Part shown: in pieces, positions 37,177-50,590 of the stretch
Layout of the letters: every line of letters begins with the position of its first letter
How positions within the stretch are numbered: the first letter of the stretch is position 1
Virus record (IMG/VR): IMGVR_UViG_3300025889_000087
Location: 1-64,000 of that record
Strand: one strand, 5' to 3'
From: a virus
DNA: 64,000 bases
The notes under the pieces: model-generated
What the model was told of the DNA's origin: nothing
Databases searched by the model: none
What the model saw: only the letters and a program-made list of their open reading frames with translations
Translations under genes and position numbers: made by a program

Positions 37177-37802
37177 AACGGCTCCCCCCATTCTTCCCGC
37201 AGTTCCTCGGCTAAACGCTTGGGGCGATTGACGGGCTCAATAGGCACTGGTGGGCGGTCTTCCTCAATGACCGGCCAATAGGTGCCTTCGGGATAGGTGG
37301 TGTGGATGTAGCCGGTGTTAAACGCATTCGTTGGCCGAACCCCTGTTTGTCCCTCCCAAAAGTCCATGCCCTCAAGACTTTGCAGGTTGCTTGGAGCAAT
37401 CCTTCTCATCAGCCCGAGGGCCCCCCGATCGGCGAGAATGGCCGCCAAATCGTAAATGGCGGTCATGTAGCCGCGGTTCCGATAAGGATTCCACGTCGAA
37501 GTGCCACCCGACGAGAACACCTGCGACGGCTCGTGTAGTGGGGCGGCGGGACGGTTGAAGGTTGCTTGAGAGCGGTCAATTTCATTTTGTCCATACGGTC
37601 CGGGGCCTCGGATGGCGACATGCACGTTTTCCCCTATGACCTGAGCCGTCATGGGGTGCTCTTCGCCCGTCACCGGATCCAAGAAGCGGGCCACCGGCTC
37701 GGGTGGCGTTTTCGTTGAACTCCACTTGACGTTTTGCGGATTTACAGAATCCACGATGAGGGGGGCCTTCATGACCGACCAAGCGGTGTCAAATGCCGTC
37801 AT
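37173..37802 (-). CDS. Leader-tagged GNAT acetyltransferase-like protein
   Basis: MTAFDTAWSVMKAP; TWNPYRNRGYMTAIY...QSLEGMDFW. Confidence 0.6.
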   Translation of the reverse strand: MTAFDTAWSVMKAPLIVDSVNPQNVKWSSTKTPPEPVARFLDPVTGEEHPMTAQVIGENVHVAIRGPGPYGQNEIDRSQATFNRPAAPLHEPSQVFSSGGTSTWNPYRNRGYMTAIYDLAAILADRGALGLMRRIAPSNLQSLEGMDFWEGQTGVRPTNAFNTGYIHTTYPEGTYWPVIEEDRPPVPIEPVNRPKRLAEELREEWGEPL

Positions 37803-38422
37803 CGCAACACCCCAAGCCGCTCCAATTCAAAATAGGTGCGGTCCGGCATATCCCTACCCTCCCTGTATCGGATTTCCTCTCCGTCGGAGAATACCGGAAT
37901 GACTTCTTCAAGATGCTGAGGCGCAATCGGACGAACCGACATCGTAGCGCGGTAGCCAATTCCGGGTTGAAAATCGGGGTCTTGCCACACAGGACCCGGC
38001 GGGGTAATACGCGATCCAATAATGGACATGGGGCGTCCATGCCACGCATCGGAAAAGAATTGGGCCATCAGTAGCGGGTGAAGGTCGTTGTTGAAAGGGC
38101 CTTTCTGTTGCCATTGTCTTAGACTGACGGGTTGCCTTTGGTGACGAAACGTATAGACGGCTTCGTCATGGGGCCATTCGGGATATTTGAACGCCTCGCC
38201 CCTTTCTGCCTGTTGTATCGCTTCCATCACGGCTTTGCTATCAGGGGCAGGGCGACCGTAATGCGGCAAAACCGGACGTGGGACAATTCCTTCTTCAAGA
38301 ACCTGATCGACAAAATCAGAAGGAATGGCGCGGTAGGCACGGAATTGGTCTTTTCCGCCCCATGAGGGCGTGACTTCGACCGCCTTCACGACCGACCAAG
38401 CGGTGTCGAAAGCGTTCACCAT
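37799..38422 (-). CDS. Leader-tagged protein, possible ART-like fold
   Basis: M(V)NAFDTAWSVVKA; AYRA...VLEEGI.P, VYTF and IAPQHL. Confidence 0.55.
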   Translation of the reverse strand: MVNAFDTAWSVVKAVEVTPSWGGKDQFRAYRAIPSDFVDQVLEEGIVPRPVLPHYGRPAPDSKAVMEAIQQAERGEAFKYPEWPHDEAVYTFRHQRQPVSLRQWQQKGPFNNDLHPLLMAQFFSDAWHGRPMSIIGSRITPPGPVWQDPDFQPGIGYRATMSVRPIAPQHLEEVIPVFSDGEEIRYREGRDMPDRTYFELERLGVLR

Positions 38423-39090
38423 ACGTCCAACCCCCACTGCCGATTGCGATAGGTGCGCGAAGTGCCTGCGTTGTCTTGGCCCCCAGTGTCCAAACGCCCC
38501 GGTTCCTCCAAACCTTCAAGTCGTTCTGCCGCCCCCATAAGATGTTCCCGTATTTGCTGCTCCGTCGCGTTTTGCGCCGATGTGTCACCCACATAGACCC
38601 CTTCGTCGGTCATCCGCCGTTGGATTCCGTGTTCACCGAGAAGACGGATCATGTCGTAGATGTGGTTGCTCAATTCCGCTTTTGGCATAGGCGTGTAATT
38701 GATGGGGGCCTGATCGACGGCAAAATCATAATCGGGGTTCAGCGGCTCGCTCATCACTGCTCCCCTTTCCCCGGTCCATGTTTCAGGGTCTCCAAATAGA
38801 ACATTTTGCGGAGAACGGTCAAAGTCCAAAGGGCCGGGGTCCTCAGCGACCATGACTTGCGGAATGGTTTGACGCATGGTCTGCATCCCCGTGCCCGAAC
38901 CGAATAGAGCATAGCGCAGTGCCTCATCGAAATTGCGCGTCCAATAGCGCGGATCGTCGCCCTGATGCCCACCGGAATAGAGAGGGCCCTTGATGGACTC
39001 ACGGTCGTCAAGGAACGGTTCGTAGTCGTCGTCTATGACGAACCACGGGGCCTTGACGACCGACCAAGCGTCGTCAAACGCTCGGCTCAT
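38416..39090 (-). CDS. Leader-tagged protein, possible ART-like fold (paralog trio)
   Basis: MSRAFDDAWSVVKAP; LYSGG...DDPRYWT....ALRYALFGS. Confidence 0.55.
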   Translation of the reverse strand: MSRAFDDAWSVVKAPWFVIDDDYEPFLDDRESIKGPLYSGGHQGDDPRYWTRNFDEALRYALFGSGTGMQTMRQTIPQVMVAEDPGPLDFDRSPQNVLFGDPETWTGERGAVMSEPLNPDYDFAVDQAPINYTPMPKAELSNHIYDMIRLLGEHGIQRRMTDEGVYVGDTSAQNATEQQIREHLMGAAERLEGLEEPGRLDTGGQDNAGTSRTYRNRQWGLDVW

Positions 39091-39129
39091 GTGATTCCGC
39101 ACGAACCGCGGAGAGAAAAACGTGGCGGT
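39088..39129 (-). promoter_or_regulatory. Duplicated upstream element, copy 1 (ACCGccACGTTTTTcT...TTCGTGCGGAATCACATG)
   Basis: Near-identical to 39597-39638 and ends at the start codon. Confidence 0.6.
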
Positions 39130-39599
39130 CAGAACTCGGCTCCTTCCAAGTCTTCCAAAACACGATGCGGGCTTCCCTTGGGGGCGGCTTGCTTACGGGC
39201 CCTTGGGCGAGGCATACGAGATACGGAACCGTAGCCCCCGTAATCCTCGGAAGATGGCTTCTCCCTCTTTGACTTAAAACCGTGGTCGAAGAATGGACCC
39301 TCATAATCTCCCCTTGCGCTCAAATCAAGACCACTTGTCAAACCTGTGTGGGGGCCATGTTCCGAATCGCCCAATCCGAGTCTTTGGCGGGCGAAATCTC
39401 GCTGATAGTCTGCGGCAAGCAGCGCGTAAATGAGAGCATTCGGATCGACTGTCCCCAAATTGTGCGCACCCGAACCCATGTTGTTGGCGAGGTTCATACG
39501 TTCCTCGGTATCAGGGTGAACCTGTGAGTTAATGCGGTTGAATGCCTGATGGTTGGGGTTCGCCTTAACGATAGACCAAGCCGACTCAAACGCTCCCAT
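39129..39599 (-). CDS. Leader-tagged hypothetical protein
   Basis: MGAFESAWSIVKAN; first full gene of the array. Confidence 0.6.
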   Translation of the reverse strand: MGAFESAWSIVKANPNHQAFNRINSQVHPDTEERMNLANNMGSGAHNLGTVDPNALIYALLAADYQRDFARQRLGLGDSEHGPHTGLTSGLDLSARGDYEGPFFDHGFKSKREKPSSEDYGGYGSVSRMPRPRARKQAAPKGSPHRVLEDLEGAEF

Positions 39600-39735
39600 G
39601 TGATTCCGCACGAATCACAGGGATAAAAACGTCGCGGTGAGTCAGGGCCCTCACCAACCATCCCCCCATATTGCCTTCCCATCGACGGTGACTTGCTTCG
39701 TCCCATACCGAGAATGCGGCATCGAAGGCATCCAC
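39586..39735 (-). pseudogene. Degenerate leader remnant (GTG DAFDAAFSVW...)
   Basis: Leader-like codons preceded by GGGGTATTGCG, as at the 35812 junction; no K|A and no cargo domain. Confidence 0.4.
39597..39638 (-). promoter_or_regulatory. Duplicated upstream element, copy 2, with TTTTTAT box
   Basis: ACCGCGACGTTTTTATCCCTGTGATTCGTGCGGAATCACATG; the T-rich box is ~25-30 nt upstream of the ATG. Confidence 0.6.
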
Positions 39736-39881
39736 GCAATACCCCATGAGCCGCTCCTTGAAAAAAAAATCCGGCGGGAATGGGACTCCGGATCGGCCAA
39801 AAGACGGGACTCCTAACACCCCTGTGAGTCCTAACAAAAAAAGTCTCAGATTTTTTCCGTGTAGCGTCTGTGGTTAGGGAG

Positions 39882-39981
39882 GCCGCGCAGCAAAAAAAAA
39901 AAATGTGCCCGCAGGCAAGCCTGCGGGCCATTTTGTTTTTTTTCGCTACACTGCGCGGCAGGCCCGACCGCAGGTCGGGCC
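39882..39981. repeat. Two adjacent inverted repeats (hairpins) with A/T tracts
   Basis: GCCGCGCAG-C-A12-TGT-GCCCGCAGGC aa GCCTGCGGGC-CA-T-rich...CTGCGCGGC, followed by GGCCCGACC gca GGTCGGGCC. Confidence 0.8.
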
Positions 39982-40734
39982 GCACGCTCGGCGTGGCGGG
40001 CTCGGCGGCATAGCCGCATAGCGGCGCAGTGCTGCGCTTTTGCTGCGTTGGCTCGGCCACCCGTGGTGCTTTGTGGTGGGTGGCGGTGGCCCGCCCATCC
40101 CCGCAATAGGCTCGCCGTCCCCCGTTTAGCACGCCTCACCCGCCCTCGCTCGGCCCGATCCTGCTCTCGACGGGCCATCCATGGGCTCAAATCGCTGCAC
40201 GGTGGGCCTTTTGCGGCTATGTGGCCCGCTCGCCCACCCTGTGGCTCGTGCTCCCTCACCAGTGGCCCGCCCTCAGCCGAGCCTGCCCCGACGCCCGGTC
40301 AGGCCGCTTTTGCTGCTACACGGTGCCTCCATGGGCGCAAAACGGGCATATGCCGGTATGTGGCCCGCCCCACCCCCTTCTGCGCAGATTTCCGCGCTCC
40401 GAGCCGTCGCCGCGCCACACCGCAGGGGTGCCGGACGGGCAGACTTTCGGTCACGGCCACGCAGAATGGGTGCGGTGAGCCCGTCGAGGCCATGTGCGGG
40501 GCATGAGTCCATGCTCATGGCCCATGCCCATGCCATGCTCATGGGGTCGGCTTTCTTCACTTTCTTCACTTTATTCATTCATATTTTTCTCTCCCCTTCC
40601 CCTCTATACCCCTTTTCAGGGGTGTATCTCATAGGTGATGGATGATGAAAGTGATGAAAGATTGAGGTTCAGTGGGCCGTTCACGGTAGCCCACCCAAAA
40701 ACCGCTACGCTGCACCACGAAACGCTGCGCTTGA

Positions 40735-40757
40735 TTCATATACACCCCATGGTGTAG
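40735..40757 (+). promoter_or_regulatory. Conserved early-promoter motif, copy 1 (TTCATATAC-N6-tGGTGTaG)
   Basis: One of five copies, each lying just upstream of a plus-strand start. Confidence 0.65.
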
Positions 40758-40778
40758 GAAGGGCGACCGGAGGCCGAT

Positions 40779-45971
<5,193 letters not shown>

Positions 45972-45987
45972 GCAGGAGAGGGCGTGG

Positions 45988-46212
45988 ATGGGACGCTTCT
46001 CAAGCATCTTCGGCGGTGGCGATCGGCCCCTGCTCCCTATCACGGTGCAGGACCTTGAGTCGCTCCTTGAGCGCAGGAAGGGCCGACCTGACTCCCCGGT
46101 TATCCTCACTGTTGGTGGCGAACGGCACGTTTTGCTGCGATTGGATGACTACGAACGCATCATGCGTGTGGTCGGCTCGATAGAAGCACTGGTCGCCGCC
46201 ATGGACGACTGA
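45988..46212 (+). CDS. Small protein, possibly Phd/YefM-like
   Basis: PVILT.....VLL..DDYE pattern. Confidence 0.4.
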   Translation: MGRFSSIFGGGDRPLLPITVQDLESLLERRKGRPDSPVILTVGGERHVLLRLDDYERIMRVVGSIEALVAAMDD

Positions 46213-46356
46213 CCTTTTGCGGATATGGCTCCAATCTCGGCTCGGCTGAGCCGTTCATCACGAACAACGGAGGGTTTAAGTGTGCATACGTTCTCGGGGC
46301 ATGGACAACCATGCCGTCGGGCGAACGGGGCACTGACCCTGCACCACAACGAGGGG

Positions 46357-46379
46357 TTCATATACCCCACACGGTGTGG
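46357..46379 (+). promoter_or_regulatory. Early-promoter motif, copy 2
   Basis: TTCATATACCCCACACGGTGTGG; ATG at 46388. Confidence 0.7.
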
Positions 46380-46387
46380 ACTGGCTG

Positions 46388-48073
46388 ATGCCCCGAGCAG
46401 CAACAACCACCGATGCCCCGCAGCAGACCGCCCACATGGTTGTCGTCGGCCACTTCACTGGCCTGACCGACACCCATGTTGAGGTCACGTTCCCCGCGCT
46501 GAGCGGGGACCGCACCCTCTCCATTCAGCGCACGGATCTCCGTGCCTCCGGCTCAACCGGCGTTGCCGTCCCCGGCTCTCCGGCCCGCGCCGTGTCCTTC
46601 GCCTGCGCCGTCTGCCCCACCTGCAACAACGCGCCCGCCGACCGCCGCTCCGTGTCCTTCAGCACGGACAACGACGGAAACGAGGTTCGCACCGTCACCA
46701 AGTGCGACGGCTGCGACGGCAAGGGCCACATCAGCGACTTCGGCACTGACACTCCCGTCATCGACCCCGACCACGCCGACATCGTGGACCACCTGACAAA
46801 CGGCAACCTGCCCCCCGGCGCTGAGCCCGTGTTCCGCTCCATGCAATCCGGTGGCCGCAGTGGCCGCATGGACCAGTGGGACGTTGAAATCACGGCCCGC
46901 CCCCTCATGGCGATGACCCCGAGCGGCGTCCCCGTGCCTGTGTCCCCCCTGATTGTGCAGCACTTCAATGAGGCATACGCCTCCGACGACATGCCCCACG
47001 GCGCACCCATCGGACGCACCAAGACCGGCACCTACGCCACCGTGCAGCACCGCACCGCCCTTCAGCCCTTCATCGACCACTGCGAGTCTGCGGGCCTCTC
47101 CTACACGGCATGGGGCGCGAACCGCGGCCAAGACGCCTATGTGGACATCATGCTCGCGGAGAACGGCACCAAGGAAGAAGTGATTGCGAACCTGAAGGCC
47201 CTCTCCCAAGCGGCGGGCAACGGCACCAACACCCACCCAAGCGGTGCCTTCGGCATGAGCGGCCTCCGCGAGAACCCCGACGCCATCATCCGCTTCGGCA
47301 TCCAAATCCACCACACCTTCGACGGTGCGTTCACCGTTCGCGGCATCGCTGAGCGTGTGGCCTGCCTCAACGGCATGGTCGCCACCAACGCCGAGGACCT
47401 GCTCTCCGTGCAGCACAAGAAGGGCGTCATGGACCGCATCAACTGGTCCGGCATGGCCCCGCTGCTCGCAGACGCCGCGCTCCGCCTTTACACGGAGATG
47501 CAGAACGTCGTGCGCATGAACCTGCTCCCCCTCGCCCCCGAGGACTGGGAGGCTTTGCTCGTGCTCGCTGAGCAGCGCGGCATCCTCTCGTGGCCCTCGC
47601 TCGGTCAGCAGAACCAACTGACCGGCGGTCGCGTCTTCCGCGCCGCTGCTCAGGGATGGCAGAACCCCGCGCTCCCATGGGTCGCCGTGGGCGGCAACGA
47701 CGGCGATGTCGTCGGCAGCCTCAACCACGCGCTCAACGTCTTCACGGGCATCATCACCCATCAGGTCGAGGCCCACGACGCCCACGGTCGCGTGACCGGC
47801 GGGAAGGCGATTTCCGTGGCCCGCACGCAGGACATGCTTCAGCGCGTCCACATGCTGATGCGCGAGGTTCAGGACAACGCCGAAGCCGCCGCCAGTGCTG
47901 CCGGTGCCTCCGACGACGTGGGCTCGTGGGTCTTCCACCACGGCATCCCCATGCTCGCCAACGTGGCCCACGAGGACGCTGACGAGGGGCACATCCTCCC
48001 CCGCATCACCGTGAACCCCGGTCAGGACACCGAGCGCAGCGTGCAACTGCTCTCCGCCATCCCCACGGCCTGA
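46388..48073 (+). CDS. DUF932-like domain protein with N-terminal Zn ribbon
   Basis: YATVQH, HTFDG, ERVACLNGMV and VQHK; CPTC...CDGCDG. Confidence 0.65.
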   Translation: MPRAATTTDAPQQTAHMVVVGHFTGLTDTHVEVTFPALSGDRTLSIQRTDLRASGSTGVAVPGSPARAVSFACAVCPTCNNAPADRRSVSFSTDNDGNEVRTVTKCDGCDGKGHISDFGTDTPVIDPDHADIVDHLTNGNLPPGAEPVFRSMQSGGRSGRMDQWDVEITARPLMAMTPSGVPVPVSPLIVQHFNEAYASDDMPHGAPIGRTKTGTYATVQHRTALQPFIDHCESAGLSYTAWGANRGQDAYVDIMLAENGTKEEVIANLKALSQAAGNGTNTHPSGAFGMSGLRENPDAIIRFGIQIHHTFDGAFTVRGIAERVACLNGMVATNAEDLLSVQHKKGVMDRINWSGMAPLLADAALRLYTEMQNVVRMNLLPLAPEDWEALLVLAEQRGILSWPSLGQQNQLTGGRVFRAAAQGWQNPALPWVAVGGNDGDVVGSLNHALNVFTGIITHQVEAHDAHGRVTGGKAISVARTQDMLQRVHMLMREVQDNAEAAASAAGASDDVGSWVFHHGIPMLANVAHEDADEGHILPRITVNPGQDTERSVQLLSAIPTA

Positions 48074-48110
48074 GCCCCACGATACGGCACGAACCACGGA
48101 GGACGGAAGC

Positions 48111-48635
48111 ATGAGCACCCTCAGCACCCCCGACGCGCCCGAGCAGGTCGTCGTCGTGTTCCGCATCAACAAGACGGGCGCGAGCCCCGACGGCATCAGC
48201 GGGCACGACCTGATGACCGGACTCCTTCGGGCGTCCCTGCCGCCGCAGGAGAGCACGGTCATGGCCCTGCTCCCCTATGTGCCCCTGCCCCCCGGTGAGA
48301 AGAGCCGCGACATGGTGGCGGCCCTCAACGCCAAGGGGCAGCGCGTGATCGTCCACTGGCCCTCGGTCATCAAGGACACGCGCCCGTCCACCATGGACGA
48401 GCACGGGTCCCTGCTCGCGGACATGCTGCACCACGGCTATGCCCCCGAGGTCATCGAGGCTCGGCAGGTGGACGCGCTGCGCCGCCGCGCCGAGGTCCCG
48501 ATGGACGCACCCGAGCCCGAGGCTGAGCCCGAGATTGAGGACGACACGACCGTCGAGGTTGAGTCGTTCACCATCAACGGCACAATCGGCGGCGAGGTGG
48601 GCTTCGGCTCCGGCTTCACGGAGGAATGGGCTTGA
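48111..48635 (+). CDS. Hypothetical protein
   Basis: GGAGG SD; GC3-rich codon usage. Confidence 0.65.
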   Translation: MSTLSTPDAPEQVVVVFRINKTGASPDGISGHDLMTGLLRASLPPQESTVMALLPYVPLPPGEKSRDMVAALNAKGQRVIVHWPSVIKDTRPSTMDEHGSLLADMLHHGYAPEVIEARQVDALRRRAEVPMDAPEPEAEPEIEDDTTVEVESFTINGTIGGEVGFGSGFTEEWA

Positions 48636-48925
48636 AGGTCGTCGTCGTGACCCGCATTGAGGGAGGCATCCCTGAGATTATCCACGTCAGCGATAGCATC
48701 GCAAACGCGAGGAAGGCCCTCGGTGAAGGAGCAGTGCGCCGTTCGGCAGACGGTGTTGGGCAATTGTGGGAAGAAGGGTATTACCTTGATTCTGATGTCG
48801 AATGGCGTGTCGATGAAGCCACCATGGACCCCGCCGCTTTTGAGCGGATGGGAGCGAAGCGGTATGGGGCTCTTTTCGCCTTGATGCTCGCAGCCCACGA
48901 GCACAACAAGGAGGCAGACGCATGA
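48626..48925 (+). CDS. Hypothetical protein
   Basis: Coupled ORF in the operon. Confidence 0.55.
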   Translation: MGLKVVVVTRIEGGIPEIIHVSDSIANARKALGEGAVRRSADGVGQLWEEGYYLDSDVEWRVDEATMDPAAFERMGAKRYGALFALMLAAHEHNKEADA

Positions 48926-49377
48926 GCGCACGACAGGCGGTGACGATCGAGCGGCAGGACATGGACCTGTTCATGGACGCGCTCGGCTTCACCGAGGCCG
49001 ATGTCCCCGGATGCACGGAGGTGTGCTATGAGGCCCCTTACGGTGAGCAGGGATGCCGCGCCCGCATCTATTCGTCAATCAGCACGAACGACGGAACGAG
49101 TCGCCTCCTTGGGCGCGATGCCATCCGCGTGGTGTGCATCGACCCCGACGGCAACGTGTTCCTCAAGCCGTTCCCTCGCGTTCACCGCATAACGACGTGG
49201 AGGAAGAACCTGCTAAGCCGCATTGACTCCCTGTTCGCGGCACCCGAGGATTACGGGTGGACCGAACCCATCCCCTGCTCCTGCGGTGGCCTGCTGCGGG
49301 TCAAGCCGGGACGGCACGGCCCGTTCATGGGCTGCTCGGCCTTCCCCGTTTGTCGTGAAACACGGAGGGTTGCTTGA
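48922..49377 (+). CDS. Protein with C-terminal topoisomerase-type C4 Zn ribbon
   Basis: CSCGGLLRVKPGRHGPFMGCSAFPVCR. Confidence 0.7.
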   Translation: MSARQAVTIERQDMDLFMDALGFTEADVPGCTEVCYEAPYGEQGCRARIYSSISTNDGTSRLLGRDAIRVVCIDPDGNVFLKPFPRVHRITTWRKNLLSRIDSLFAAPEDYGWTEPIPCSCGGLLRVKPGRHGPFMGCSAFPVCRETRRVA

Positions 49378-49658
49378 TGGCGAAGCGGAGCGGATTCACC
49401 CCGGCGACGTGGGACTCGCTGCCCCGAGGAAAGGCCGTCAAGACCGCACGGCGCGTGTGGTTGGCCGTCAAGCAGACCACAGGCACCCCACCCACGTTGC
49501 TTCGATACATTCCCCCGAGCGTGACCGCCGAGGACGGCACACGCCTCAACACGTCCCGATGGGTGATTCATCACGAACACGGGAAGGTGCATCTCATCGG
49601 GTCGTCGGACCGGGTAATTGCGGATATAGAGAGCGGAGCCATGGAGGCGATGTCGTGA
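49377..49658 (+). CDS. Hypothetical protein
   Basis: Coupled ORF. Confidence 0.5.
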   Translation: MAKRSGFTPATWDSLPRGKAVKTARRVWLAVKQTTGTPPTLLRYIPPSVTAEDGTRLNTSRWVIHHEHGKVHLIGSSDRVIADIESGAMEAMS

Positions 49659-49876
49659 GCGTCAGCATCGGGCAACACTGGATAAACAATTGGACCCGCG
49701 AGATCCTCATCGTGACCGAAGTGCGCGAAGGCGCGACCCTCTCAACAGGCATCGTGAGCACCCATAACACGAGCACCGGAAAGCCGGAGCACTGGTCCCA
49801 TGGGTTCTTCCTTGAAGCACACAAAGAGGTGGGTTCATATACACCCGACGGTGTGGATGATTTGCCGGAGGCGTGA
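49655..49876 (+). CDS. Hypothetical protein
   Basis: GTG start (GTGA overlap) VSVSIGQHW... Confidence 0.45.
   Translation: MSVSIGQHWINNWTREILIVTEVREGATLSTGIVSTHNTSTGKPEHWSHGFFLEAHKEVGSYTPDGVDDLPEA
49834..49856 (+). promoter_or_regulatory. Early-promoter motif, copy 3
   Basis: TTCATATACACCCGACGGTGTGG. Confidence 0.7.
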
Positions 49877-50121
49877 ACATGACACTGTATCTCAATGACC
49901 TGCTAACCATCGTGAACGAATTGGGTTGCCTTCAGTTGGACCAAGTGGAGTCCCTGTCTGAAGGTAGCACCGACCAAGACGACTACAACCACAACGCCCT
50001 GCGGGAGATTGTTCGCGCCCTTCGGCGCATTCAGAACCGCCTCGACCCCGAGGGTGATGATGTGGTGGACCTGTGGGGCGACATCGCCCACGCTGAGGCT
50101 CTCATGGAGGTGGACGAATGA
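49873..50121 (+). CDS. Hypothetical protein
   Basis: Downstream of a promoter motif and a GGAGG SD. Confidence 0.55.
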   Translation: MNMTLYLNDLLTIVNELGCLQLDQVESLSEGSTDQDDYNHNALREIVRALRRIQNRLDPEGDDVVDLWGDIAHAEALMEVDE

Positions 50122-50369
50122 GCGCATCCTGCGACTTCAGCGATCTCGGCAACGTCGCCATGGAGAAGGTGAACGGGCAGCGCGTTGTGTGTTTCATGCC
50201 GAACGGCAAGGACACCGCCGAGCGTGATGCGAACCTGCTCAAGATGGACCGCCGACTCACGGCGTGGTCCGAGGAACGCGGATGGACCCGCGGCATCCTC
50301 CTAACCAACACCACGCGCTATCCTGTCCCCTGCGTCATTGTGCAGGTCCCATGGGAGGTGAGCGCATGA
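50118..50369 (+). CDS. Hypothetical protein (ends EVSA)
   Basis: ATGA coupling. Confidence 0.55.
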   Translation: MSASCDFSDLGNVAMEKVNGQRVVCFMPNGKDTAERDANLLKMDRRLTAWSEERGWTRGILLTNTTRYPVPCVIVQVPWEVSA

Positions 50370-50590
50370 GCGAGATTCACAACGCCCGTTGCTGCGGCTG
50401 CAATCGCCGCATTGACGTGAACGGACAAGTTCGGCGTCGAGGTTCGTTGGACTTCAACAACATGAGGCAAGTGCGCGAGGCCGCGAAGAACCACCGTTGG
50501 TTCTGCACGAATTACACGGGCGACTTTCACATCACCGCGACGTGGTATCACGACGGCACGGCGGAGTGGTATGTGGAGGTGAGCGCATGA
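50366..50590 (+). CDS. Hypothetical Cys-containing protein (ends EVSA)
   Basis: Start MSEIH after GGAGGTGA. Confidence 0.55.
   Translation: MSEIHNARCCGCNRRIDVNGQVRRRGSLDFNNMRQVREAAKNHRWFCTNYTGDFHITATWYHDGTAEWYVEVSA

Noticed and set aside
30980-39599. Leader as a Sec/Tat signal peptide, or the array as a DGR or polymorphic toxin-immunity locus
   Set aside because: The leader lacks a long hydrophobic core and a twin-Arg; there is no reverse transcriptase or template/variable repeat pair; no untagged immunity genes are interleaved.
32400-39600. Recurring ~25-bp DNA repeats as a CRISPR array or attC sites
   Set aside because: Spacing is irregular (200-900 bp), the repeats are in-frame coding leaders varying at synonymous positions, and no cas gene or integrase was seen.
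39740-40700. Short ORFs or a tRNA in the divergent intergenic region
   Set aside because: Low-complexity translations across homopolymers and hairpins; no cloverleaf or T-loop consensus recognised.
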